A program made the translations under genes and the position numbers. The notes beneath the pieces were generated by a model that saw only the letters and a list, made by a program, of their open reading frames with translations, was not told the origin of the DNA and did not search any database. A stretch of DNA of 31,304 nucleotides from Candidatus Methylomirabilia bacterium. GTDB lineage: Bacteria > Methylomirabilota > Methylomirabilia > Rokubacteriales > CSP1-6. Within the stretch, counting starts at the first letter, position 1. The number at the start of each line of letters is the position of its first letter. Below are positions 17,525 to 26,803 of the stretch, piece after piece. The stretch is from contig JBGPXN010000042.1 of assembly GCA_041492755.1 (NCBI GenBank), forward strand, positions 1 through 31,304. The letters run 5' to 3'.

Positions 17525-17553
17525 ATGGTGACATGGTGCCCCGCCGGAGTCAA
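17525..17553 (-). promoter_or_regulatory. Candidate sigma70 promoter of the csp-helicase unit
   Basis: TTGACT, 17 nt, CACCAT with an extended -10 TGn on the minus strand. Confidence 0.55.
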
Positions 17554-17599
17554 TCGAATTTTCCCCGATTCGTGGCGCCGGGTGAGCGCCGGTGCCGCT

Positions 17600-17815
17600 T
17601 CACTTCGGCTCCTGGACGGCGCGGGTGACGGGCGGCGAGCCGTTCTTCGTGCCCAGCCAGCCGGGAATCGCCACCGAGAAGCGGCCCGCGGTTCCGCCGG
17701 CGCCGATGACGTGGATCTCGTCGGGCGAGGGAAATTAGCCGGGGCCGAAGACGCCGAAGCCGGCGTTGAGCCCGATGCGCGCCCGCACGGGACCGTTGAC
17801 CACGATGAGCGGCGA
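17600..17815 (-). pseudogene. Remnant of an uncharacterised protein (internal deletion, in-frame stop)
   Basis: One frame reads SPLIVVNGPVRARIGLNAGFGVFGPG*FPSPDEIHVIGAGGTAGRFSVAIPGWLG...EPK*. Protein-like codon use, no start. Confidence 0.55.
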
Positions 17816-17916
17816 TTTTCTCCACGGTCGCGCGCCGTGAGTGTGGCCGGAATCTAGCCAGCGGGGCGAAGCTTTGTCAAGCCGACGAGGGCGCTTCTGC
17901 GCTAGGATCTGGGGCC

Positions 17917-19134
17917 ATGAGTACCCCACGCCCATCGCGCAACATGCGTTTGCTCGGCCACAACGACCTCAACGGATTCGGCAACTGCGGGGAGGGCATG
18001 GCGATCCAGCTCGCCCGCGACAATCGCCGGGTCATGTGGCTGGCCCACGAGACGGCCCCGAAGAACGTGACGGCGGTGGAGGTGAGCGACCCGCGCAAGC
18101 CCGTCGTCATCGCCCAGACCGAGCTGCCGCACCGCGAGATGCGGTCGAATTCGCTCGACCTCGTGGGCGACACGCTCGTCGTCGCGTATCAGACGCAGAA
18201 GCCGGGCGCCACCCCGGCCGGGTTCGAGCTCTTCGACGTCGCCGATCCGACCAACCCCAAGTCGATCGGCTTCTTCGACGCGTCCGGCCCGTACTCCCGC
18301 GGCGTGCACCATCTCTGGTTCGTCGACGGCGAGTACGTGCACTGCGCCAGCGGCGCCGGCGATTTCAAGCCACGCAACCAGAAGGACGACCAGTTCTACC
18401 GGATCGTCGACGTCCGCAACCCCTCCAAGCCGGAGGAAGTCGGGCGCTGGTGGCTGCCGGGGACCCGCGACGGTGACCCCGAGCCACCGCCCGTCCGCCA
18501 TACCAAGCTCGACGCCGGCTTCCGCGCCCACAACACCAACGTGTACCCGCGCCGACCCGATCGGGCGTACGTCGGCTACCTCGACGGCGGCGCGCTCGTG
18601 CTCGACGTCGCCGACAAGGCCCATCCGAAGCTGCTGGGGCGGTGGGACTATCATCCGCCGTTCCCCGGGTTCACGCACACCGTGCTGCCGCTGTTCGAAA
18701 AAAACCTCCTCGTCGTCTCCGACGAGTCGACCCAGGATGCGGCGGCCGACTGGCCGAAGCTGGTGTGGATCGTCGACGCGCGCGAAGAAAGCAACCTGGT
18801 GCCCATCAGCACCTGCCCGCTGCCGCCGCCCGAGGATTTCGCGCACCGCGGCGGACGGTACGGCGCCCACAACCTGCACGAGAACCGCCCCGCGCCGGGC
18901 TCATGGATCTCGGAGACCGTGGTGGTGGGGACGTTCTTCAACGGCGGTGTCCGCGCCTTCGACGTCTCCGATCCGTTCCGACCCCAGGAGGTCGCCTACC
19001 ACGTGCCGCCGACGCCCCGGAATTCGACGCGGGGGGCGATCCAGCTCAACGACGTCTTCGTCGACGAGCGCGGCATCGTGTATTCCGTCGACCGGTTCAC
19101 CGGCGGGCTCTACACGTTCGAGCTGAAGTTGTAA
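17917..19134 (+). CDS. LVIVD-repeat beta-propeller protein
   Basis: Repeated ...VEVSDPRKP / FDVADPTNP / VDVRNPSKP / FDVSDPFRP blades. His-rich motifs GVHHLW, AHN, FTHT and GAHNLHE. Confidence 0.85.
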   Translation: MSTPRPSRNMRLLGHNDLNGFGNCGEGMAIQLARDNRRVMWLAHETAPKNVTAVEVSDPRKPVVIAQTELPHREMRSNSLDLVGDTLVVAYQTQKPGATPAGFELFDVADPTNPKSIGFFDASGPYSRGVHHLWFVDGEYVHCASGAGDFKPRNQKDDQFYRIVDVRNPSKPEEVGRWWLPGTRDGDPEPPPVRHTKLDAGFRAHNTNVYPRRPDRAYVGYLDGGALVLDVADKAHPKLLGRWDYHPPFPGFTHTVLPLFEKNLLVVSDESTQDAAADWPKLVWIVDAREESNLVPISTCPLPPPEDFAHRGGRYGAHNLHENRPAPGSWISETVVVGTFFNGGVRAFDVSDPFRPQEVAYHVPPTPRNSTRGAIQLNDVFVDERGIVYSVDRFTGGLYTFELKL

Positions 19135-19143
19135 GGAGGTCCT

Positions 19144-19569
19144 ATGAGCACGCAGACGTCTTCAGCGGCGGTGGAGCCGGTCGTCGGCAGCCAGATCATT
19201 CTCGTGCAGCACGAAGGCATCGCGGTCCGCGACGCGGACCGGTCGCGTGACTTCTACATGAAAGTGCTTGGACTCGAGGTGCTCCCGCGGCCCGCGCTCT
19301 CGGCGCCTGGATACTGGCTCGGCCGGCCCGGCATCTACCCGCAGATCCACATCATCCAGGGTGACCAGACACCGCCGGGACCGGACGCGGTGATCAGCCC
19401 GCGCGGGCGTCACACGGCCTTCGAGGTCGCCGACTACGACGCGCTCAAGGCGCTCTTCGAGCGCGAGGGCATTCGCTACGTCGAGAACCAGCAGCCGGGC
19501 GGGCGGTGGCAGATGCTCTGCAACGACCCCGACGGCAACACGCTCGAGTTCCAGCGCAGCACGCGATAG
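19144..19569 (+). CDS. VOC (glyoxalase-like) family protein
   Basis: H.GIAVRD.DRSRDFY.KVLGL, HTAFEV and DPDGNTLEF. AAGGAGG SD. Confidence 0.9.
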   Translation: MSTQTSSAAVEPVVGSQIILVQHEGIAVRDADRSRDFYMKVLGLEVLPRPALSAPGYWLGRPGIYPQIHIIQGDQTPPGPDAVISPRGRHTAFEVADYDALKALFEREGIRYVENQQPGGRWQMLCNDPDGNTLEFQRSTR

Positions 19570-19603
19570 GGCCGGGTTGCGCGACAGGCGCCTCCTCGGG
19601 ACG

Positions 19604-19715
19604 TCGAGGGGCACCCCGGGACATCGAGGGGCGCCCCGGGATTCGAGGGGCGCCCCGGGTTCCCCGGGGCGCCGCCGAGCGTGGGGGTGTAGGGGGCCAT
19701 TTCGGGGCCCCCTAC
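19604..19715 (-). repeat. REP-like repeat copy with triplicated half-arm
   Basis: Reverse-orientation homolog of 6641. TCGAGGGGCRCCCCGGG occurs at 19604, 19624 and 19643. Confidence 0.85.
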
Positions 19716-19725
19716 GAAAAAGCCA

Positions 19726-21411
19726 ATGCACGACCTGATCATCGACAACGCGCGCATCGTCGACGGCCTGGGCACGCCGGCGCGCGAGGGCGCGCTCGCC
19801 GTCAGCGACGGACGCATCGCGGCGATCGGCCGGGACCTTGGCCCGGCCAGGGATCGGCTGGACGCCGGAGGGCTCGTCCTCGCTCCCGGGATCGTCGACA
19901 TCCACACGCACTACGACGCGCAGCTGACCTGGGACCCGTTCGCCACGCCGTCGCCGGCGCTGGGTGTGACCACGGTCGTGATGGGCAACTGTGGCTTCAC
20001 GATCGCGCCGTGCCGGCCGCGCGACCGCGACCTCAATCTTCGCAACCTGACCCACGTCGAAGGCATGTCGCTGGACGCGTTGCGCGCCGGCGTCGTCTGG
20101 GATTTCGAGACGTATCCCGAGTACCTCGACATGCTCGAGCGACGCGGCATAGTCCCCAACGTCGCCTCCTTCGCCGGCCACTCGTCGATCCGGACCTACG
20201 TCCTCGGCGATGACGCCAGCCGGCGCGCGGCGACCGACGCTGAGATCGCGGAGATGCGCCGCATCCTCATCGACGCCCTCCGCGCCGGCGCCATCGGCCT
20301 GGCCACGACGACGCTCGAGCAGCACAACGGCGAGAACGGCATCCCCATGCCGTCGCGGCTGGCCGACGAGCGCGAGCTGTTGGCGCTCACGGGCGCGCTC
20401 GGCGAAGTTGGCCGCGGCGTGTTCATGCTGACCAAGGGGTCGAAGACGACGATTCCCTGGCTCGAGCAGGTCGCGGCCGCGAACCGGCGCCCGGTCATGA
20501 TCGCCGCGATGTTCGTCGACCCCGGCGATCCCAAGCGCGTCTTCCGGGAGCTGGGCGAGATCGAAGTGGCGCGCATGCGGGACCGTGAGCTGTGGGCCCA
20601 GGTCGGCTGCTTCCCGCTCGGCATGGAGTTCACCCTGCGCCATCCGTATCCGCTCGAGGCGCTGCTGGCGTGGCGACCGGCCATCGAGGCGAAGACCGAA
20701 GAAGACTACCGGCACACCCTGGCCGATCCCTCGTTCCGCACCGCGATCAAGGCGGAGCTCGGCGTGCCCGGCGTGCCGAACCGGTTCAGCGACAAGACGT
20801 GGCCTCATATGGCCGTCATGGAGGTGAGGCGGTCCGAGCACCAGAAGCTCGTGGGCCGAACGATTGCGGATCTCGCGCGCGAAACGGGCCGGCATCCCGT
20901 CGACGTCTTCCTCGACTTCGGGCTCGACGGCGAGCTCGACGCCATGTTCGACTGCCGGCTCTTCAACACCGACGAGGACGAGGTCCGGCATCTCCTGCGG
21001 CATGCGTGCTCGGCGGTGGCGCTGTCCGACGCCGGCGCGCACCTGTCGTTCCTGTGCGACGCGGGCTTCGGCCTGCACCTGTTCGGCCACTGGGTGCGCG
21101 AGCGCGGCGATCTCACCCTCGAGGTGGCCGTGCGCCGCGTGACCAGCGACGTGGCCGCGGCCTATCGCATTCCGAATCGCGGCCGTCTCGCCCCCGGCGC
21201 GTGGGCCGATCTCATGCTGTTCGATCCGGCGACGGTGGCCCGCGGCCCCAAGCGACGGGTGAACGATCTGCCCACGGGCGCGAGCCGGCTCGACACGCCG
21301 GCGGTGGGACTGCACGGGGTGTGGGTCAACGGCATGCGCGTCGTCGACGAGCGCGGGCCGATCCGAGACGGTCGCCGGCCCGGACGGCTCCTCCGTGAGT
21401 TCGCGGCGTAG
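19726..21411 (+). CDS. Amidohydrolase, N-acyl-D-amino-acid deacylase family
   Basis: IVDGLG, PGIVDIHTHYDAQ, GVTTVVMGNCG, SDAGAH and RGRLAPGAWADLMLFDP. Confidence 0.9.
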   Translation: MHDLIIDNARIVDGLGTPAREGALAVSDGRIAAIGRDLGPARDRLDAGGLVLAPGIVDIHTHYDAQLTWDPFATPSPALGVTTVVMGNCGFTIAPCRPRDRDLNLRNLTHVEGMSLDALRAGVVWDFETYPEYLDMLERRGIVPNVASFAGHSSIRTYVLGDDASRRAATDAEIAEMRRILIDALRAGAIGLATTTLEQHNGENGIPMPSRLADERELLALTGALGEVGRGVFMLTKGSKTTIPWLEQVAAANRRPVMIAAMFVDPGDPKRVFRELGEIEVARMRDRELWAQVGCFPLGMEFTLRHPYPLEALLAWRPAIEAKTEEDYRHTLADPSFRTAIKAELGVPGVPNRFSDKTWPHMAVMEVRRSEHQKLVGRTIADLARETGRHPVDVFLDFGLDGELDAMFDCRLFNTDEDEVRHLLRHACSAVALSDAGAHLSFLCDAGFGLHLFGHWVRERGDLTLEVAVRRVTSDVAAAYRIPNRGRLAPGAWADLMLFDPATVARGPKRRVNDLPTGASRLDTPAVGLHGVWVNGMRVVDERGPIRDGRRPGRLLREFAA

Positions 21412-21492
21412 AACAACCTGTGTCGCTGCGGGACTCACCAGCGCATCCTCGCCGCCGTCAAGCGCGCCGCGTCGCTGATGGGCAAGGTCTGA
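21412..21492 (+). pseudogene. C-terminal remnant of a CoxS/IorA-type (2Fe-2S) subunit
   Basis: NNLCRCGTHQRILAAVKRAASLMGKV* starts right after the amidohydrolase TAG, with no start codon. Confidence 0.8.
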
Positions 21493-21548
21493 CCCTGGCG
21501 GGCGGCCCGGCGCCGTCGCCGACGTGAAGTTCGGGTAGGATCGGCTCG

Positions 21549-23246
21549 ATGAGCAAGCCACCCCACGGGCTCGCGCGCGGTCTCACCAACTACGGCGACG
21601 CGGACTTCTCGCTGTACCTGCGTCGCTCGTTCGCGCGCTCCATGGGCTACTCCAACGAGATGCTGGCCCGCCCGGTCGTCGGCATCGCCCAGTCCGGGAG
21701 CGGCTTCAACAACTGCCACCGCCACTTTCCCGAGCTGGTGGATGCCGTCAAGCGCGGCGTCCTCGCCGCCGGCGGCCTGCCGCTCGACTTCCCGACCATC
21801 TCGCTCGGCGAGGTCTTCCTCTCGCCGACCAGCATGATGTTCCGCAACCTCATGGCGATGGACGTGGAGGAGATGGTCCGCGCCCAGCCCATGGACGCGG
21901 TCGTCCTGGTCGGCGGCTGCGACAAGACCGTGCCCGCGCAGCTCATGGGCGCGGCGTCGGCCGACGTGCCGGCCGTGCAGCTCCTGGCCGGGCCGATGCT
22001 GCCGATGCCGTACCACGGCGAGCGGCTGGGTGCCTGCACCGACTGCCGCCGCTTCTGGGCGAAGTACCGCGCGGGTGGGCTGACGGCGACCGAGATCGAG
22101 CAGATCGAGGGCAACCTGGCCACGACCGCCGGGACGTGCGCCGTCATGGGCACGGCCAGCACGATGGCCTTGCTCGCCGAAGCGCTCGGCATGGCGCTGC
22201 CCGGGACCGCGGCGATTCCCGCCGTCCACGCCGATCGGCTGCGCGCGGCGGAAGCGAGCGGGCGCCAGGCGGTGGCGCTGGCCCAGGCGGGACTCCGGCC
22301 GAGCCACATCATCACCGACAAGTCGGTGGAGAACGCGCTGCGCGTGCTGCTCGCCATCGGCGGCTCGACCAACGCGATCGTGCACCTGACGGCGATCGCC
22401 GGCAGGGTTGGCGTGGCGATCTCGCTGCGGCGCTTGAACGAGCTGAGCGACTCCACGCCCGTGCTCGTGGACCTCAAGCCCACCGGCCAGCACTACATGT
22501 CGGATCTGAACGCCGCCGGCGGCCTCGGCGCCGTGCTGCGCGAGCTCAAGCCGCTGCTGCATCTCGACGGCCTGACGGTGACCGGCGAGACGCTCGGCCG
22601 GCGTCTTGAAACCGACGACGCGTGGGTGGACCGCGACGTGGTCCGCCCGCTCGGTGATCCGTACCAGAAGGTCGGGGGCCTCGCCGCGCTCTTCGGCTCA
22701 CTGGCGCCCAGCGGCGCCATCATCAAGCGCTCGGCGGCCGACCCGGCGCTGTTCGAGCGCGAAGGGCGCGCGGTCGTGTTCAGCTCGCTCGACGATCTCG
22801 CCGCGCGGATCGACACGCCCGATCTCGAGGTGACGCCCGACGACTTCCTCGTGCTGCAGAACGCGGGCCCGAAGAGCGGGTACGCGATGCCGGAGGCCGG
22901 CTATCTGCCGATCCCGGCCAAGCTCGCCCGCGCCGGCGTGAAGGACATGGTGCGCATCTCCGACGCGCGCATGAGCGGCACCGCGTACGGGACGATCGTG
23001 CTCCACGTCTCCCCCGAGGCGGCCGTCGGAGGTCCGCTCGGCGTGGTCCGCACCGGTGATCGTATCCGGATCAGCGTGGCGCAGCGCCGGCTCGATCTGC
23101 GGGTGGACGAGACGGAGCTGGGCCGACGACGGACGGCGTGGACACCGCCGGTGACCACACCGCCGCGCGGGTATGCGAAGCTCTACATGGACCACGTGCT
23201 CCAGGCCGAGCACGGCTGCGATTTCGATTTCTTGAGGAAGGCGTGA
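21549..23246 (+). CDS. IlvD/Edd family dehydratase
   Basis: NNCHRHF, GGCDKTVPAQLMG, CAVMGTASTM, IGGSTNA, GPK..YAMPE and SDARMSGT. Confidence 0.93.
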   Translation: MSKPPHGLARGLTNYGDADFSLYLRRSFARSMGYSNEMLARPVVGIAQSGSGFNNCHRHFPELVDAVKRGVLAAGGLPLDFPTISLGEVFLSPTSMMFRNLMAMDVEEMVRAQPMDAVVLVGGCDKTVPAQLMGAASADVPAVQLLAGPMLPMPYHGERLGACTDCRRFWAKYRAGGLTATEIEQIEGNLATTAGTCAVMGTASTMALLAEALGMALPGTAAIPAVHADRLRAAEASGRQAVALAQAGLRPSHIITDKSVENALRVLLAIGGSTNAIVHLTAIAGRVGVAISLRRLNELSDSTPVLVDLKPTGQHYMSDLNAAGGLGAVLRELKPLLHLDGLTVTGETLGRRLETDDAWVDRDVVRPLGDPYQKVGGLAALFGSLAPSGAIIKRSAADPALFEREGRAVVFSSLDDLAARIDTPDLEVTPDDFLVLQNAGPKSGYAMPEAGYLPIPAKLARAGVKDMVRISDARMSGTAYGTIVLHVSPEAAVGGPLGVVRTGDRIRISVAQRRLDLRVDETELGRRRTAWTPPVTTPPRGYAKLYMDHVLQAEHGCDFDFLRKA

Positions 23247-23304
23247 GCTTTTCCGACGGCGTGAGCGGCGCGCGCGCGCCCCGCCGCGGACAGGAGCGGA
23301 CAGC

Positions 23305-24225
23305 GTGAACGACCCCCAGCGGATCACCGGCGTGCTCTCCCCGGTCGTGACCCCGTTCAAGAGCGATTACTCTCCCGACCCCGAGCGCTTCGTCCGCCAG
23401 TGCCGCTGGCTGCTCAGCCAGAACGTCGGCCTCGCCGTTTTCGGCACGAACTCGGAGGCGAACTCGCTCTCGGCGGAAGAGAAGATCGAGCTGCTGGATC
23501 GCCTGGTCGGCGCCGGCCTCGATCCCGGGCGGATGATGCCGGGCACCGGCTGCTGCGCCATCCCCGACTCGGTGCGGCTCACCGCGCACGCCGTGAAGCT
23601 CGGTTGCGGCGGCGTGCTGATGCTGCCGCCCTTCTACTACAAGGGCGTGCCCGACGACGGCCTGTTCCGGAACTTCGCCGAGGTCATCGAGCGGGTGGGG
23701 GAAGCGCGCCTGCGCGTGTACCTCTATCACATCCCGCCGGTGGCCCAGGTCCCGATCACCCTCGGCCTCGTCGAGCGCTTGCTGAAGACCTATCCGACCC
23801 AGACCGCCGGCATGAAGGACTCGTCCGGCGACTGGAACAACACCAAGTCGTTCCTCGACGCGTTCGCCAGGTCCGGCTTCGACGTCTTCGCCGGCTCCGA
23901 AACGTTCCTGCTTCGCAACATGCGGAACGGCGGCACCGGCTGCATCAGCGCGACCGCCAACGTGAACCCGGGAGCGATCGCGAAGCTCTACGACACCTGG
24001 CCGGGCAGCGAGGCCGACGCCCAGCAGGCGCGGCTCGACGAGATCCGCGGCATCTTCGCGAAGTTCCCCATGATCCCGGCCCTCAAGGCCGCGATCGCGC
24101 ACTACGGCGGCACCGCCGAGTGGTCGACCGTGCGTCCGCCACTGGTCGAGCTGACGTCGGAGCAGGCGAAGGCGTTGGTGGCGGAGCTCGATCAGAAGAA
24201 GTTCACGATGCCGGGGCTTCGATAG
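23305..24225 (+). CDS. DapA/NAL family class I aldolase or keto-deoxy-acid dehydratase
   Basis: VTPF, FGTNSE, LPPFYY, YLYHIP and Schiff-base Lys in GMKDSSGD. AGGAG SD. Confidence 0.9.
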   Translation: MNDPQRITGVLSPVVTPFKSDYSPDPERFVRQCRWLLSQNVGLAVFGTNSEANSLSAEEKIELLDRLVGAGLDPGRMMPGTGCCAIPDSVRLTAHAVKLGCGGVLMLPPFYYKGVPDDGLFRNFAEVIERVGEARLRVYLYHIPPVAQVPITLGLVERLLKTYPTQTAGMKDSSGDWNNTKSFLDAFARSGFDVFAGSETFLLRNMRNGGTGCISATANVNPGAIAKLYDTWPGSEADAQQARLDEIRGIFAKFPMIPALKAAIAHYGGTAEWSTVRPPLVELTSEQAKALVAELDQKKFTMPGLR

Positions 24226-24379
24226 CGACGGCCGAACCGTCTCGGTCCTCGTCTCGTGTTCCGCCCGAACCGACTCTTCATCGACTCGAAGACCGGCCCA
24301 CCGCGCCCGCAGCTTGATCTCGGCCACGACCCCGGCGTGATCGGAGGGCCTGCGAACACTGACAGCGAGACGGCGAGTG

Positions 24380-26719
24380 TCAGCGGGAGGGACGGAGTGC
24401 GCGAAGGACGCAGGCGGGTGTGACCGGCTGCGCCGTGATCATCGTCCCGAGCGGCGCCAGCGCGTCGTTGATGGCGTTGAGCACCGCGGCCGGCGCGCCG
24501 GTGGTGCCTGCCTCCCCGGCGCCCTTGAACCCTCCCGCGATCGCGGGCGCCGGCGTCTCCAGGTGATGCACCTCGATCGCCGGTAGATCGGCCGCGGTCG
24601 GCACCGTGTAGTCCATCAGCGTCGTGGTCAGCAGCTGCCCGGCGTCGTCGTACACGCAGTGCTCCCACAGCGCGCCGCCGACACCCTGGGCGACGCCGCC
24701 GGCGATCTGGCCGGCGACGAGCGCCGGGTTCACCACGCGCCCGCAGTCGTCGACCGTCACGTAGCGCAGCAGGCGGACCCGACCGGTCTCCACGTCGACC
24801 TCGACCATCGCGAGGTGGGCGCCGTTGGTGAAGGTCCACGGGTGCGGATTGGTGTAATGGGCGGTGGCGTCGAGGCTGGGCTCGAGGCCGCGCAGCTCGT
24901 TGGAGCGGAAGTGCACGATGCGCGCGAGCTGGGCCAGCCCGAGCGCGCGATCGGGAGCGCCCTTCACCGAAGCCCGGCCGTCGGCCAGCACGACGTCGTC
25001 GGGATGGGCTTCGAGCAGCGCGCCGGCCAGGACGCGGATCTTGGCCGCCAGCGCTTGCGACGCGAGCAGCGCCGCGCTGCCGCCGATCGGCATGCCACGG
25101 CTGGCCCAGGTGCCGCCGCCGTACGGAACCATTGCGGTGTCGCCCGAGCGCACCGTCACCGCCTCGTGGGCCACGCCGAGCTCGTCGGCGACGATCTGCG
25201 CGATCGCCGTCGGCATGCCCTGGCCCTGCTCGGTGACGCCGACCAGCGCGGTGACGCCGCCCGAAGGCTCGAGCCGCACCGTCGCGGAGTCCTGCCCGGA
25301 GATCGGTGCACCACCGATGCCGTAGAACTGGGCGCCGGGTCCGGTGAGCTCGACGAAGCAGGACAGCCCGATGCCGACGCACCGTCCTTGGCGCCGCGCC
25401 GCGGCCTGCTCGCGTCGCAGCTCGTCGTAGCGCGCGACCTCGAGCAACCGTGCGAGCGCGGCCTGGTAGGAGCCGCTGTCGTAGACGTTGCCGGTCACCG
25501 ACGTCCACGGCAGCTCGTCGGGGCGGATCAGGTTGCGGCGGCGGATCTCGGCGGGATCGAGGCCGAGGTCACGCGCGATCAGATCGAGCATGCTCTCCGT
25601 CACCGCGGCCGCGATCGGATGGCCCACGGCGCGGTACTGCGACGTGATGACCTTGTTCTGTGCCACCACGCGCAGCGCGCCGTCGTAATTCCTGATCCGG
25701 TAGGGGCCCGGCAAGAGCCGCAGCACTTGCCCGCCCTCCACCACGCTGGAGCGTGGATACGCGGAGTACGGCCCGACGGCGGCCGTGATGCGCGCGCGCA
25801 TCGCGGTCACGACGCCATCCGCGTCGGCGGCGACCTCGACGGCGATCGTCTGCTCGCGGGCGTGGATGTCGGAGAGGAACGACTCGCGGCGGGCGGCGAT
25901 CCACTTCACCGGCCGGCCGAGCACGAGCGCGAGCGCGCAGGCGGCCACGTCGTCCTGATACACGTGGATCTTGATCCCGAACGAGCCACCGACGTCGGGC
26001 GCGATCACCCGCACGCGGTGCTCGGGCAGACCGAACAGTTCCGCGAAGACCGCCTGCATCATGTGCGGGACTTGCGTCGACATCCACACGGTGAGCGCGC
26101 GGGTGGCCGGCTCGTAGTCGGCGACGAGGCCGCGCGGCTCCATCGGCACACCGGTGTGGCGGCCGGTGGTGAACGTTCGGCTCCACACGCGATGGGCGGT
26201 GGCGAAGGCGGCGTCGGGATCGCCGCCGGCCAGGTGCGTGTCGTACAGCACGTTGTCGCCGAGCTCGAGATGGATGAGCGGCGCGCCCGGCGCCACCGCC
26301 GATTCCGGATCGAGCACGGCGGGCAACGGCTCGTATTCGACGCGCACGAGCGCCACGGCGTCGTCAGCCGATGCCCGGTCGCCGGCGGCGACGGCGACCA
26401 CTGGCTCGCCGACGCAGCGCACGCGCTCGACGGCGAGCGGCAGCATCGCGCCCGTCTTCATGCCTTTGTAGTGCTGCAGGATCCCACGGTAGGGCGTGCA
26501 GAGGCGCGCGGCCTCCGGGCCGGTCAGGACGCCGACGACGCCCGGCGCGCGCCGGGCCGCTTCCACGTCGACGGCCACCAGCCGCGCGTGAGGATGGACG
26601 CTGCGCACGAACGCGACGTGGACCATGCGGGGAAGGGTGATGTCGTCGACGTAACGGCCACGACCGGTGAGGAGCCGCGGGTCGTCCGGGCGTCGGAGCG
26701 GTGAGCCGACGTGCGGCAT
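24380..26719 (-). CDS. Xanthine dehydrogenase family molybdopterin-binding subunit (CoxL-like, not form I CODH)
   Basis: DPRLLTGRGRYVDD, PMEPRG, PDVGGSFG.K, QGQG, DCGRVVNP, GGVAQGVGGAL and KGAGEAG. Active-site loop SQYRAVG. Confidence 0.93.
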   Translation of the reverse strand: MPHVGSPLRRPDDPRLLTGRGRYVDDITLPRMVHVAFVRSVHPHARLVAVDVEAARRAPGVVGVLTGPEAARLCTPYRGILQHYKGMKTGAMLPLAVERVRCVGEPVVAVAAGDRASADDAVALVRVEYEPLPAVLDPESAVAPGAPLIHLELGDNVLYDTHLAGGDPDAAFATAHRVWSRTFTTGRHTGVPMEPRGLVADYEPATRALTVWMSTQVPHMMQAVFAELFGLPEHRVRVIAPDVGGSFGIKIHVYQDDVAACALALVLGRPVKWIAARRESFLSDIHAREQTIAVEVAADADGVVTAMRARITAAVGPYSAYPRSSVVEGGQVLRLLPGPYRIRNYDGALRVVAQNKVITSQYRAVGHPIAAAVTESMLDLIARDLGLDPAEIRRRNLIRPDELPWTSVTGNVYDSGSYQAALARLLEVARYDELRREQAAARRQGRCVGIGLSCFVELTGPGAQFYGIGGAPISGQDSATVRLEPSGGVTALVGVTEQGQGMPTAIAQIVADELGVAHEAVTVRSGDTAMVPYGGGTWASRGMPIGGSAALLASQALAAKIRVLAGALLEAHPDDVVLADGRASVKGAPDRALGLAQLARIVHFRSNELRGLEPSLDATAHYTNPHPWTFTNGAHLAMVEVDVETGRVRLLRYVTVDDCGRVVNPALVAGQIAGGVAQGVGGALWEHCVYDDAGQLLTTTLMDYTVPTAADLPAIEVHHLETPAPAIAGGFKGAGEAGTTGAPAAVLNAINDALAPLGTMITAQPVTPACVLRALRPSR

Positions 26720-26803
26720 GGAGGGGAGTCTACCGCTGGTTCGGGAGTGAGCCGACGTCGGGCATGGAGCGAACGGCTAGGAACCCATCCGGAGTAACCG
26801 AAA

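Noticed and set aside
19604..19715. CRISPR array
   Set aside because: The units are adjacent with no unique spacers, belong to the REP-like family, and no cas genes are present.
24226..24379. Possible gene remnant between the DapA-like and Mo-subunit genes
   Set aside because: The minus-strand peptides (VAEIKLRARW, GPVFESMK) match no motif I can support.
24380..26719. Aerobic CO dehydrogenase CoxL
   Set aside because: Lacks the AYxCSFR motif and coxM/coxS neighbours.
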